From positions 1 through 61,236 of the forward strand of contig CAKPBH010000002.1 in the NCBI GenBank assembly GCA_934140355.1: 61,236 nucleotides of DNA, written 5' to 3'. The translations under genes were made by a program, and so were the position numbers. This document shows positions 39,891-50,434 of the stretch, one piece after another (the first letter of the stretch is position 1; each line of letters begins with the position of its first letter). The notes below the pieces were generated by a model. It was not told the origin of the DNA. It searched no databases and was given only the letters and a program-made list of their open reading frames with translations. This stretch comes from an uncultured Bacilli bacterium. Lineage in GTDB: Bacteria; Bacillota_I; Bacilli_A; RF39; UBA660.

Positions 39891-41621
39891 TTACTTTATT
39901 TGAATAGATTTTTTATATTTATAGGTATAACCAAAGTTATCTTTTACTACAATTGTCACAGATTGAGTTCCAGTTTCAAATTTTGTCGTATCATATATTT
40001 TTACTACTGAACACCCCGCTAGACCACTACAAGTAATTTGTGAGCTTGCTAATTGAGTTCCTTTTGTTATGGATGATGGCACCGTTACAGTTGGCACCAC
40101 TGGAGTTGCTTTCGCATAGCCATTACCAGAATTTCCCGTCATAGTACTTGTGCCTGACCATGTGGGCATGCTTTGATTTCCAGCCTTCATTGTAGCATTA
40201 ATAAACTTTCTTCCCGAATAATGATAAGAGCAGGAAGTTGTTGATGTTCCGTTCGAACAACCCGATTTTGGCGTAGTACTGCTAGCAGAAGTAATAGCAA
40301 CACAACCAGTATAGCCAGAAATATAAGAAGATCCACCAGAAGCACCGCCAACAACTGAACTTGCTAAAACACCACCGGAAGCACCGCCATAATAACCTCC
40401 ACCTCCACCAGCAGAATAAAAATAAGATGCAGATGCCGACGAACCATAATATCCACCATAACCAAAACTTCCATTAGTACCAGTTGCACCACTAGAAGTA
40501 GGAATTTGTCCTCCAGCAGTTTGCGTTGCCCCAGAGGCAGGAGTATATGTTGTTGTATTAGAACTATTTGCTCGTTGGTACGTTCCAACACCTCCCGTTA
40601 AGGCTCCACCAACCCCGCCGGTCATTGTCTTGCTTAAATATGTACTACCTCCACCTCCGCCAGCAGCAACCATAATTCTTGAAGCCAATGATGAAGTGGT
40701 ATTCCAAGTTCCGGAAGTTAATCTAAAATCGGTAGCGCCTCCCCCGTTAGCATTATAATTTCCCGTCTCAGAAGTAGAATAACCACCGTGACCACCACCG
40801 TTAAAACAATTGGCAGCTTTGTATCCATTATAATATTCTCCAACATAAACATAAAGATTAGCAGATTTTAATAAATCAATAATCCCAGAAGTATAAGCGC
40901 CTTTGCCACCTACGCCACCATTGGTACTTCCACCTTGAGCTCCCCAAGCTTCTAATTGATAAGCTCCTGCATGATCCGGAGTAAAGGTTTGATAAGAACC
41001 CGTATAGGAAAAAGTTTTAGCAGCAGTAGTAAAAGTAATACTCGTATTTAAACTATAAACATATTTAGAATTGGTATCATCATAATAATAATCAGCTTCG
41101 TACAATGTCCCAGAAATTAATTTCTTCCCATCTAAATACTCAATAGCACTAGTGCTACTAGATGATGTCGCAACCCCAATATTAATTGTAATTGGAGATG
41201 ATGTTGCATTTTTAACCATAATTACTGCTGTTTTATTAGAAGATGCACTAATACTACCACTAGTTGAAACAGCACTATCACTACTTTTAGCAATAGTAAT
41301 GTTACTAGAAATAGTATCCGGAGAAACCATTTGGTACCATATTCCATAATAAGCTGTTGCAGTACTTTGATTATTAATATTTACATTAAATACTTCATAA
41401 GAATTTGCCGCAACAGAAACCTCTTCGTACTCCTCTAATTTACTAAGTTTAACATCAAAAGACAGATTTAAACTCACAATATCATTGGCTGTTTCATTTT
41501 CACTAGCAAATTTAGCATAAGTATTTTTTAAAACAAAACCAGATAGCGTAATTACTATTAATAATAATAGATACATCCCTTTTCGATTGAAATGGTATTT
41601 TTTTTCATGAAAAGACATCAT
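39891..41621 (-). CDS. Secreted glycine-rich-domain protein with TasA/SipW-type N-terminal signal region
   Basis: TM helix followed by NTYAKFASENE. AWGAQGGSTNGGVGGKGAYTSG...LYVYVGE...FNGGGHGG...NGGGATDFRL...IMVAAGGGGGS...SAGGGGGYYGG, resembling the bacterial/ALK-type Gly_rich domain (recalled from memory). Confidence 0.65.
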   Translation of the reverse strand: MMSFHEKKYHFNRKGMYLLLLIVITLSGFVLKNTYAKFASENETANDIVSLNLSFDVKLSKLEEYEEVSVAANSYEVFNVNINNQSTATAYYGIWYQMVSPDTISSNITIAKSSDSAVSTSGSISASSNKTAVIMVKNATSSPITINIGVATSSSSTSAIEYLDGKKLISGTLYEADYYYDDTNSKYVYSLNTSITFTTAAKTFSYTGSYQTFTPDHAGAYQLEAWGAQGGSTNGGVGGKGAYTSGIIDLLKSANLYVYVGEYYNGYKAANCFNGGGHGGYSTSETGNYNANGGGATDFRLTSGTWNTTSSLASRIMVAAGGGGGSTYLSKTMTGGVGGALTGGVGTYQRANSSNTTTYTPASGATQTAGGQIPTSSGATGTNGSFGYGGYYGSSASASYFYSAGGGGGYYGGASGGVLASSVVGGASGGSSYISGYTGCVAITSASSTTPKSGCSNGTSTTSCSYHYSGRKFINATMKAGNQSMPTWSGTSTMTGNSGNGYAKATPVVPTVTVPSSITKGTQLASSQITCSGLAGCSVVKIYDTTKFETGTQSVTIVVKDNFGYTYKYKKSIQIK

Positions 41622-41765
41622 ATTCCTCCTAACTAACCCCTACTTTATTATTCTAACTCTATTTTACTATAATTTTTTTAAAAAGAAAAGAACCTTATGA
41701 CAATCCAGTGAAAAAATGGTATCAAAAAGTTCTATAACCTCTTCATTTAAAAGCTAATTTTTTGC

Positions 41766-44264
41766 TTAACTATATTTTCCCTTCTTTTGAAAAGTAAAAT
41801 TTTTCGGTTGCATCGTTTTAATATAATTGTAAGCATTTGTATATTCACTCTCTGCTCGACTATCATAAGGAAGACAAGCAGAAATAATAGCATTTTCATG
41901 TGTAATACCAATGAACCAATCTTTTGATCCAATAATATAAACAAAATCTTTTACCTCTAGTGGAACATAATACTCCACATCAATCTTTTCGCTACTATTT
42001 TCAAGTTTTGTATAGTAGATATCATTAATTGTTAAATTGAATCTTTCTTGATCCGTTTCTTCTGACGGAGTAAAAATATAAGGTTGTTTTCTTGGAAAAA
42101 GAAATCTTGTTGAATTCAAATAATACTTATCTTTTGTTTTTCTATCTTTTTTAGAAAGAATATAATTCATCACATCTTTTTTCATATAATCACTATAACA
42201 AGTTGTTCCTAATGGAATAAACTCCTTAAAAACTAAAGACTCAAAATTCATCTTTTTCATCAACTCTTGGTGATGAACATCTGTGATGGTAATCATTTCG
42301 ATATCGCAATCCCCACGCTGAATAATTTGGCAACCAACTTCCTTTAATAGAACTATCACTCTAATAAATAAAGATTCATCTGTAATGGTTGGATCAATAC
42401 TATTGATATTTAGCATATTTCCATTTACAGTTGCTGGTAAAACATACCGCGTATCTTCTGTCTTAATATAAAATGCCATACCACATGGATCAGTAATACA
42501 AAATCTAAGAAAATCCTCTCCCTTTCCTCCTACTTTAAAACAAGAACCACTATTAATCCCATCTACTACTTCTGGAAAAGTAAGTTGATATCTAAGACCT
42601 TCAAATTCTCCCGAAAGAAAAGGAATAGCACTTTGAATTCGTTTTTTTCCTTCTTTGTGTAATGCTAAAGTTCTTCTTAAAACTTCTTCTGGTGGTTCAG
42701 TACAATATTTTCTAGAATTTAATATCTTAGATAAGGCATCTAAACTAATCCCTGTTTCATTAGGTTTTAATTGATACAAAAGTACTTTTGAAATATCAAT
42801 AATATCCAAAATAGAATAGATGGAAAGATGTTTATTTTCTTGCTGTTTTTTTAATATTTCCTCTACAATTTCTGAATAATGATTCAAAATAGTGGGCAAT
42901 TCTTCATTTAACCCTAATGCTTCCTTATTTAAAACCATTCGCAAAAGACAGTCATTATCTCTTTTAGAATTTCCTAATAAAAATTGAACAAAATGAGCAT
43001 CAGGAACAATTTTACCCTGTTTCCCAATAACATAAGGTAAATCAATATCAGAGAATAGAAAATAAATATCTTTGATTCCAATCGGCTCTTTCCTCTTCGT
43101 CATCTGATAATGTTTCATATATTTTAAAACATCTTTTTTCAAATAATATTCTTCTCTTTCTTGAATAACTTGCGTAATGAGATTAGTCGCTTGTTCAAAT
43201 TGAACTTCTTGTGGATAAATTTCTTTAATTTTTCGCAAATTATTCATAAATGGAATAGCATTCTGCTTTAAATCATCTCCACAAAATTTCTCAAAGAAAG
43301 AAATATCATTTTTCTCTAGAGCATGATACAATTGATACTCTATTCCATGATAATAGTATTTATCTTGATTTTCTAAGCGATATTGTCTTCGCAAATCCTT
43401 AGCTAGAGCATAACTAGCCCTTTTCTCAGACGCAGATGTAGCATAAGTAAAATAATCTTCTAATACCTTTTTACTACTATCATACCCTAATGCCATATAC
43501 ATCTTAACTACGCCAACAAACAACTCCTCAACGGAAAAATCCCCCTCTTTACGTTTAGCGATTTCTATTAAAGATACAATATGCCTTCTAGATACTTCTT
43601 GGAGATAAGTTTTAGACAGTTCCTTCCCAGAAATAATGATGATATCCGTATCAGTATTTTTTAAAGAAAGTAACACTTGAAATTTTGCATAAATTAATAA
43701 TTCCCACTCATTTTGAATTTTTAATAAAGAAAGAGGAGAAAATTGATAATTAGCGATACTATTTTCTAACATTCCCGAAAGATAAGAATTAAGATGATAT
43801 TTAGATTGAACTTCCATAAAAACATCAATTTCTATACTTTCATTCAAATTTTGATGTTCTAAATATTGGTAAAAGTTAGAAAGAGGTAGTTTCTGTAAAT
43901 ATTTCTTTACTTTTTCCTGGGCTATTTTTGAAGCCTTCAAATAATCACTTGCAAAAATATACTCCCTAATCTCATCATCTACAAGTTCCAAAATCTCTTT
44001 TTTCATACGGTTAGGCGGAAGAGAAATAATTTTTTCAAAGAGAAAGAAATCCCTTAACATTTCTTTCTTTTTTTCATTATCTACACTTAAGAAAATAACA
44101 TTTAACTCCTCAGAAGAAATTTGATCAAACGCCTGATCCTCTAGCATTTTTGTAAATTGTTTCGCATCAATTCGTTGAAACTGTTGTCTAATTTTTAAAA
44201 TATTGTTATTCATACAACTCACTCCTTTTCTAGGTATTATAAACGAACTAGACTTATTTTTCAA
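41766..44264 (-). CDS. Large hypothetical protein (about 815 aa)
   Basis: Likely start is M18 (about 44213) after AAAGGAG, 41 nt downstream of the uvrC stop. No motif recognised. Confidence 0.5.
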   Translation of the reverse strand: MKNKSSSFIIPRKGVSCMNNNILKIRQQFQRIDAKQFTKMLEDQAFDQISSEELNVIFLSVDNEKKKEMLRDFFLFEKIISLPPNRMKKEILELVDDEIREYIFASDYLKASKIAQEKVKKYLQKLPLSNFYQYLEHQNLNESIEIDVFMEVQSKYHLNSYLSGMLENSIANYQFSPLSLLKIQNEWELLIYAKFQVLLSLKNTDTDIIIISGKELSKTYLQEVSRRHIVSLIEIAKRKEGDFSVEELFVGVVKMYMALGYDSSKKVLEDYFTYATSASEKRASYALAKDLRRQYRLENQDKYYYHGIEYQLYHALEKNDISFFEKFCGDDLKQNAIPFMNNLRKIKEIYPQEVQFEQATNLITQVIQEREEYYLKKDVLKYMKHYQMTKRKEPIGIKDIYFLFSDIDLPYVIGKQGKIVPDAHFVQFLLGNSKRDNDCLLRMVLNKEALGLNEELPTILNHYSEIVEEILKKQQENKHLSIYSILDIIDISKVLLYQLKPNETGISLDALSKILNSRKYCTEPPEEVLRRTLALHKEGKKRIQSAIPFLSGEFEGLRYQLTFPEVVDGINSGSCFKVGGKGEDFLRFCITDPCGMAFYIKTEDTRYVLPATVNGNMLNINSIDPTITDESLFIRVIVLLKEVGCQIIQRGDCDIEMITITDVHHQELMKKMNFESLVFKEFIPLGTTCYSDYMKKDVMNYILSKKDRKTKDKYYLNSTRFLFPRKQPYIFTPSEETDQERFNLTINDIYYTKLENSSEKIDVEYYVPLEVKDFVYIIGSKDWFIGITHENAIISACLPYDSRAESEYTNAYNYIKTMQPKNFTFQKKGKYS

Positions 44265-46059
44265 GAGTAGTAGTAGCAGAAGTATCCAAAATATTTTTTA
44301 AATGATTAGCAACCTCAAGAGGGAGAATTTCAGCTAAAGATTGAACACTAGCTTCCCTCATGTTCGCTATAGTATGATATTTCTTTAATAATTTATTTTT
44401 TCTCACTTCCCCTATTCCATCAATATTATCTAAAATACTGACTAAAGAACCCTTACTTCTAATCTGTCGATGATAATTAATGGTAAAGTTATGCACCTCA
44501 TCCTGCATTTTGGTTAAAAGTAAGAAAAGACTACTTTTCTTATCAATAGGAATAAAACAAACTGGATTTCCACCAAGTAATTCCGAAGTATTATGCTGCT
44601 CATTTTTCTTTAACCCCGCAACAGGAATATCTAAATTTAATTCCCTTAATACTTCACGAGCTACGTTTAATTGTCCCAAACCACCATCAACAATAATTAA
44701 ATCAGGTCTTGCAAGTTTATCTTTCAAAACCCGAAAATACCTTCGATAAATTACTTCTCGCATTGTACCATAATCATCATTCACATCCTTCATGATTTTA
44801 AATTTTCGATACTCATTTTTAGCAGGAACACCATCAATAAATACAACCATTCCTGAGACATTAAAATTCCCAAACAAGTTAGAATTATCAAACAACTCAA
44901 TTCTACTTATTCTCTCTATCTTCAAAAGATGCGCTAAATCTGTAAGAGCACCTTGTGTTTTTTCTTCATTTCTCTCAACTAAAGTTAATTGCTCGTTTAA
45001 ATAATTTTTAGCGTTCTCAATCGCTAAATCTAGCATTTGTTTCTTCTTTCCCTTTTGAGGAGTAATAAATTTTAACTGAAAAGCCTGCGTTAAAATATCT
45101 TTTTCAACAATAGAAGGAACAATTACTTCATGAGGTTTTACTTTATGTTTATCATAAAATTTAGAAATATAAGTCATTAATTCTTCTTCAACAGTATCAA
45201 TCATTGGATAAAGACTACTTTGATGATCCAATAACTTACCCCCTCTTATCAATAAAAGATGAACAGATAAATAGCCATTTTTGGTATAATAACCAATAAT
45301 ATCTCGATTATAATTATCATCTAATTCTACTTTTTGCTTTTCTAAAGTAATAGAAATATAATCTAAAAGTTCCTTATATTCTTTAGCCTTTTCAAATTGT
45401 AACTTATTTGCTGATTCTTCCATTTTCTGCTTTAATTTATCAGTAATAATCTTATGATTACCATTTAAAAAAGAAATAATCTCATTCTTCATTTGAACCA
45501 TAACTTTTTCACTGATATCATTTTCACAATAACCTAAACATTCTCCAATATGATAGTATAAACATACCTTCTTAGGATACGTCCTACACTTTCTTAAAGG
45601 ATAAAGCCGATTGATCATATCAACAACTTTCCTAGCCGCTGTTACATTAGGAAATGGCCCAAATAACTTTTTATCCTTTGTTTTTTTTATATTTGGATTT
45701 CTCACCACAGAAAGTCGAAATATTTTTTCATTCGTAATTTCAATATAAGGATAAGTCTTATCATCTCTTAGAAGAATATTGTATTTAGGATCATACTTTT
45801 TAATGAGATTGATCTCCAAAAGAAGTGCCTCTAAATTAGAAGAAGTCAGAATATACTCAAAATCAACAATATCCCTTACTAACATAGCCGTCTTCCCCGT
45901 ATGACTAGATTTAAAATAAGAAGTCAAACGATTTTTTAAATTTTTAGATTTTCCTACGTAAATAATAATTCCATTTTTATCTTTCATCAAATAACAACCC
46001 GGATGATGAGGAACAAGCCTTAATTTTTCATCAATCATTAGTTTCTCTCCAAATTTCAT
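44254..46059 (-). CDS. uvrC: Excinuclease ABC subunit C
   Basis: GIY-YIG: PGCYLMKDKNGIIIYVGKSKNLKNRLTSYF. UvrBC-binding and endonuclease V domains. C-terminal HhH. Likely start is M8 (about 46038). Confidence 0.95.
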   Translation of the reverse strand: MKFGEKLMIDEKLRLVPHHPGCYLMKDKNGIIIYVGKSKNLKNRLTSYFKSSHTGKTAMLVRDIVDFEYILTSSNLEALLLEINLIKKYDPKYNILLRDDKTYPYIEITNEKIFRLSVVRNPNIKKTKDKKLFGPFPNVTAARKVVDMINRLYPLRKCRTYPKKVCLYYHIGECLGYCENDISEKVMVQMKNEIISFLNGNHKIITDKLKQKMEESANKLQFEKAKEYKELLDYISITLEKQKVELDDNYNRDIIGYYTKNGYLSVHLLLIRGGKLLDHQSSLYPMIDTVEEELMTYISKFYDKHKVKPHEVIVPSIVEKDILTQAFQLKFITPQKGKKKQMLDLAIENAKNYLNEQLTLVERNEEKTQGALTDLAHLLKIERISRIELFDNSNLFGNFNVSGMVVFIDGVPAKNEYRKFKIMKDVNDDYGTMREVIYRRYFRVLKDKLARPDLIIVDGGLGQLNVAREVLRELNLDIPVAGLKKNEQHNTSELLGGNPVCFIPIDKKSSLFLLLTKMQDEVHNFTINYHRQIRSKGSLVSILDNIDGIGEVRKNKLLKKYHTIANMREASVQSLAEILPLEVANHLKNILDTSATTTLEK

Positions 46060-46951
46060 ACCACGATTTTAATTTTGATAAACCAACACCACTGATATTT
46101 TTAATCACATCCCAAGTAAGAGAAAAACTCTTTTTCATTTCTTTTAAATCCTCTTTAGCCGTTTGACATACCTCGGCATTATCTTTACAAACACGAGTTG
46201 TAATTTCTAAATAAGTAGTAATGGTTTTTTCTTTAGCCTTACTATATATTCTAGTGGAAGTATCTTTAATCTCCTCTTTATAGCCAGGAAATTTTGTCTC
46301 AATTTTAGAATCAATAGCATAAAATAATTTTAAAACCTTTAATTTAGCAGAATCCGATAATTCCTCAAAAGTTCTTCCATGAATAGTTCCTTGATAAAAG
46401 AGAAAATCAACAACTTTAACAAACCCTTCTTTTATGGTAGGAGTAATTTTAGAATTTATCTCCACCTCTTGATTAACATTTTCTAGATAAGCAACTACAT
46501 TAGCATCCAAAGACGAATTTTGACTATTTTGATTGCTTTCATTTCCCCCAGATTCCTCCCCCGAAGTATTTTTTGTTGTATCTGAATGTGTACTAGATAT
46601 AGTATCATTAGTACTATCAGTGGTATTATTATAATCATTATCTTCAATGGTAAGAAAAATATTTTCATTTAACTTTTTTAAATCACTTACCTTTCCTTCA
46701 ATTGGCGTTGTTTTCTTCTGATTGCTGATGTCAAACGAAATTTGATCACCAAGTTCATATTTTTGATTAGTACTGATTTTATACTCCTGATCGTCCGAAG
46801 TAGTCGCTAAAATATAGTGATTTCCTAAATAAGAAACTGTTGCATAAACGGTAGACTTGGTATGATTAGTTTTTAATAAAAGTACTGATAAAATGATAAC
46901 TAATATAGATAGCAAAATAATGATAAAAAGATAAAAGTTACGCTTTTTCAT
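46031..46951 (-). CDS. Membrane-anchored hypothetical protein with Ser/Thr/Asn-rich linker
   Basis: N-terminal TM helix FYLFIIILLSILVIILSVLLL. Immediately upstream of uvrC. Confidence 0.5.
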   Translation of the reverse strand: MKKRNFYLFIIILLSILVIILSVLLLKTNHTKSTVYATVSYLGNHYILATTSDDQEYKISTNQKYELGDQISFDISNQKKTTPIEGKVSDLKKLNENIFLTIEDNDYNNTTDSTNDTISSTHSDTTKNTSGEESGGNESNQNSQNSSLDANVVAYLENVNQEVEINSKITPTIKEGFVKVVDFLFYQGTIHGRTFEELSDSAKLKVLKLFYAIDSKIETKFPGYKEEIKDTSTRIYSKAKEKTITTYLEITTRVCKDNAEVCQTAKEDLKEMKKSFSLTWDVIKNISGVGLSKLKSWYEIWRETND

Positions 46952-47129
46952 TTTCCTCTTTCCTTCCTTCTGTTTTATCTATTATACCATGTATTGATTT
47001 AGATAGTACAATTTTTTTAATGATTTGAAATTGTACTTTTTTTCATTTTAAAGAAAAAAGTATATTCTAAAGAGAACATACCAGCATAGCCAATCTTTCT
47101 AAATTTTTTTGAATTAAACACAACCCTTT

Positions 47130-48296
47130 TTAATCATTTCTATGCATTTTGGAATGAATCTTATTCAATACTTTTTTATATTCCCCATGATATTGTTTTG
47201 GAATAGATTGTTCTATATCGAAACAATTATCCCCATCCCCAATAAGCATTAACAATAATAAATCAAAATTTTTTATACTAGGCTCTGAAGACAAAATTTC
47301 TTCTAACCGATCATATTTATACATAGCAGATTTTCTTTTTGATTTATCATACATTTCTTTATAATATTTGATTTTTAAACTCAAAATCATTGCTTTATAA
47401 TTTTGATTTAACACATCATTTAGTGTTTTAGCTTTATCTTTATTTTTATTTTTTATAACTTTCTTCTTTTTTTGCTCTCCTATTTTACTAGAAGTTACTT
47501 TTATTACTTTTTTAGGTTTTTTAGAAATATCAACAACATTATTTTTTACTTTCAAAAAATCGTTATTGCTATTTTGCACGTTAGATGTGACAGGATATTT
47601 TTTTGTTGACAAATCTTTTGAAATTTTTTCACTATCTACCAAATATTCTTTAGGGGATTCTTTTTCAAACACCTCTAATTCACTAAACCAGCCAATTAAA
47701 CTATCCCATTTTTCTAAATCATAAAACCTATTCTTTCTTTCAAAATATCCCATCAATTGTTTTTTTAATTTAATATCAAGAACAGTATCTTTTTTTAATA
47801 AATTGCCTCCCATATTGAGTAATCCTAATCTTTCATATACTGCTAATTTTATTAATAAGTATTTTTCTAAACCAATTTGTTCTTTAAAATTTTCTAAAAT
47901 ATCTAAATCACAAACAGAAACAACACCCCTGCTGATTTTACTTCTGATTTCAAATATTTCTTTTGGAAACTCCAAATTCTTAGTTTGAATTACTCCATTG
48001 TAAAAAGCTGTGATTTCTTCTTCATCTTTTACTATTTTTTCATCTTTTCTTGTTCTCATATAAATTGTCATTAATTGACTTTGAATTATCCCATCATTTG
48101 GATAGTCTTTAGCAAATTTCCTAGCATCTTCATATCTTTTTTCAACGATCAATTTTTTTATTAATTTACTATCCTCTTTCGCTCTTTGCCATCTATATAA
48201 GGTAGAGGCACTGATATCAAATTGTTCTGATACTTCTTTTACAGATTTTATTTTTAATAAATCTAATATTTGACACTTTAACTCTTGATCATACAT
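47130..48296 (-). CDS. HTH-domain protein (Hin/transposase-type N-terminal HTH), otherwise unknown
   Basis: KSVKEVSEQFDISASTLYRWQRAKE, then about 340 aa without a recognised motif. Lys-rich segment. Confidence 0.5.
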   Translation of the reverse strand: MYDQELKCQILDLLKIKSVKEVSEQFDISASTLYRWQRAKEDSKLIKKLIVEKRYEDARKFAKDYPNDGIIQSQLMTIYMRTRKDEKIVKDEEEITAFYNGVIQTKNLEFPKEIFEIRSKISRGVVSVCDLDILENFKEQIGLEKYLLIKLAVYERLGLLNMGGNLLKKDTVLDIKLKKQLMGYFERKNRFYDLEKWDSLIGWFSELEVFEKESPKEYLVDSEKISKDLSTKKYPVTSNVQNSNNDFLKVKNNVVDISKKPKKVIKVTSSKIGEQKKKKVIKNKNKDKAKTLNDVLNQNYKAMILSLKIKYYKEMYDKSKRKSAMYKYDRLEEILSSEPSIKNFDLLLLMLIGDGDNCFDIEQSIPKQYHGEYKKVLNKIHSKMHRND

Positions 48297-48533
48297 ACAA
48301 AAAAACTCCCTTCATAAAATTGATTATAATTCAAACTTTTATAATAAAGTCAATTGAAATTATCACAATAAACTTATTAGATAGATTAATGTTAGTTTTA
48401 CAACTATCCTCTTTTATTCCAAGTTAATCATAATCAACCACAAGTTAATCATGCGTTCTTACCATAAATATTGACAAAAAAATAAAATTAATGTACCATA
48501 ATTAACACATATCAAAAAGAGGGAGAAAGTAAT

Positions 48534-49181
48534 ATGAAAGATATGGAAGAAAAATATATATTAAATCTAGAAAGACAATTTTATGCTACAATAGGAACAC
48601 AAAATTTAGATTCTAAAGATGAAAAAGAACTTTTTAAAACTAAGATATTTTTAGAAGGACTTAAAATCTGGATAAACAAAATGAAAAAATGTAGCATTGA
48701 CTACCAGGGATTTATTCAATATTTAGGTGTTGATATTCATTCAGCTTCAACAACCGAATTAAGAAAAGGTATAGCTGATAGTATCGCCTTAGATGAAATG
48801 ACGATAGTATCTCCATTTGCCGGTACTTTAGGATATGAAACAATGGATTTAACACTAATCGATCATGAACCAGTAATCATAGATTCTACAAAGAAAATTA
48901 GAAATGATATCATGAGTTCCACAGAATCATTTTTAACACAAAATCCTTATTCTAGAGAATATTTAAATGGACTTGATTCAATAGGACACATTGGAAAAGG
49001 TTTAACCATTGGGGCATATGGATATTTACAAGATAAAGATAAAGATGAGAAAATCAAATTATTACAAAGTTTTGGAGAAAAAAAACTACCAAGCTTCAGA
49101 GAAGAATATGAAACATTAAGAGATAAATATTTCTATGTTCTACAAACAGAAAAAAAAGAAATCCTTAAAAGAACGAGATAA
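48534..49181 (+). CDS. Hypothetical protein
   Basis: GAGGGAG RBS 8 nt upstream. 215 aa. No motif recognised. Confidence 0.45.
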   Translation: MKDMEEKYILNLERQFYATIGTQNLDSKDEKELFKTKIFLEGLKIWINKMKKCSIDYQGFIQYLGVDIHSASTTELRKGIADSIALDEMTIVSPFAGTLGYETMDLTLIDHEPVIIDSTKKIRNDIMSSTESFLTQNPYSREYLNGLDSIGHIGKGLTIGAYGYLQDKDKDEKIKLLQSFGEKKLPSFREEYETLRDKYFYVLQTEKKEILKRTR

Positions 49182-49324
49182 ATTAGATAATATTATTAAA
49201 TCAAAGCAAGAAAGTACAAAGAGTATTTTCTTGCTTTTTATCATTTTATAAAAAATATTGATTTATCATCGTAAAAAAACTTTTCAAATCACTACAATTA
49301 TATTATAATGAATTTGGTGATAAT

Positions 49325-50434
49325 ATGTTTAATCAATATCAAGGAATCATACATTTAGAAAAAGTACTGTTGGACAAATACAACTATCATTATCATGACG
49401 AAATTGATGATTTGACTAAAAATGATTTTATCGAATTAGAAGGAGAAGGAAAAGATGCTTTATGTTGGATAATATATGATGATGATAAATATTTATTCAA
49501 ACCCCTAGATGAAGCAAATTATAATCAATGGAGCGAACTCTTATCCCAAGAAATTGCTAAAATATTAAACATTCCCTGTGCCCAATACCGTTTAGCAACA
49601 CTAGGAGAAAAAAAAGGAGTCTTAACAAAATCTTTCTTAAAAAAAGAAGATACCCTTATTTTAGGCAGTGAGCTTTATCAAAATTTTCTTCATAAAATTC
49701 AATATCAAGAAATAAAACCAAATTTCCAAATTCCCGAGACTATTCTATTTAAAAAAGGAGAAGAAAAGAAAAAACTACTCTTTAATTACTTAAATAATCT
49801 ATCTTCTACCGTAGATATTTTAAAAAATAATAATGCCCTTTCTTCAGATGAAAGGCAAAAGATTACCGTAGATTTAGTCAAATTATTAGTATTTGATTTA
49901 ATTACCCTTCAAGGAGATAGACACGCAAATAATTGGGGGTTAGTAAGAAAAGAAAAAGGCTATTATCTTAGTCCCTTATATGACAATGGACTATCTTTTG
50001 GTTTAGGATATCCATTCATGGAAAGAAGAATTGAAACTTTTAGATCAGAAAACATGAATGCAAAGATGTTACATGATAACAAAAGAGTTAATCAACTACT
50101 CTATCAAACTACACCAAATTTTACTTTATCTATTAAAAATATTATTAATCCTGAACAAAGAAAAAAAGACAATCCACCACAAGTATTAAAAGATTTACTA
50201 GCATCAACTTCCCCAGAAATGAAAAAATGGATAATAGACAGTATTTTTCTTTTACAAGAATTAGGAATTGATGAAATAATCTCAAAAACAGAACAATTAG
50301 CCAATACGAAAATGGATGCAAATTTATATTACTATATCTCTGAGATTTTTGAATCAAATCTTCAAAATTTAGTACAAGTTATAGAAGAATATGGAAAGGA
50401 ACCAAGAAAAAATGCAGTATCAAAAACACTCTGA
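49325..50434 (+). CDS. HipA-like / PI3-4-kinase-like Ser/Thr kinase
   Basis: Catalytic loop LQGDRHANNWGL and LSPLYDNGLSFG (compare HipA GN.D.H.KN and APAYD). N-terminal YLFKP...SELLSQEIAKILNIP. Confidence 0.65.
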   Translation: MFNQYQGIIHLEKVLLDKYNYHYHDEIDDLTKNDFIELEGEGKDALCWIIYDDDKYLFKPLDEANYNQWSELLSQEIAKILNIPCAQYRLATLGEKKGVLTKSFLKKEDTLILGSELYQNFLHKIQYQEIKPNFQIPETILFKKGEEKKKLLFNYLNNLSSTVDILKNNNALSSDERQKITVDLVKLLVFDLITLQGDRHANNWGLVRKEKGYYLSPLYDNGLSFGLGYPFMERRIETFRSENMNAKMLHDNKRVNQLLYQTTPNFTLSIKNIINPEQRKKDNPPQVLKDLLASTSPEMKKWIIDSIFLLQELGIDEIISKTEQLANTKMDANLYYYISEIFESNLQNLVQVIEEYGKEPRKNAVSKTL

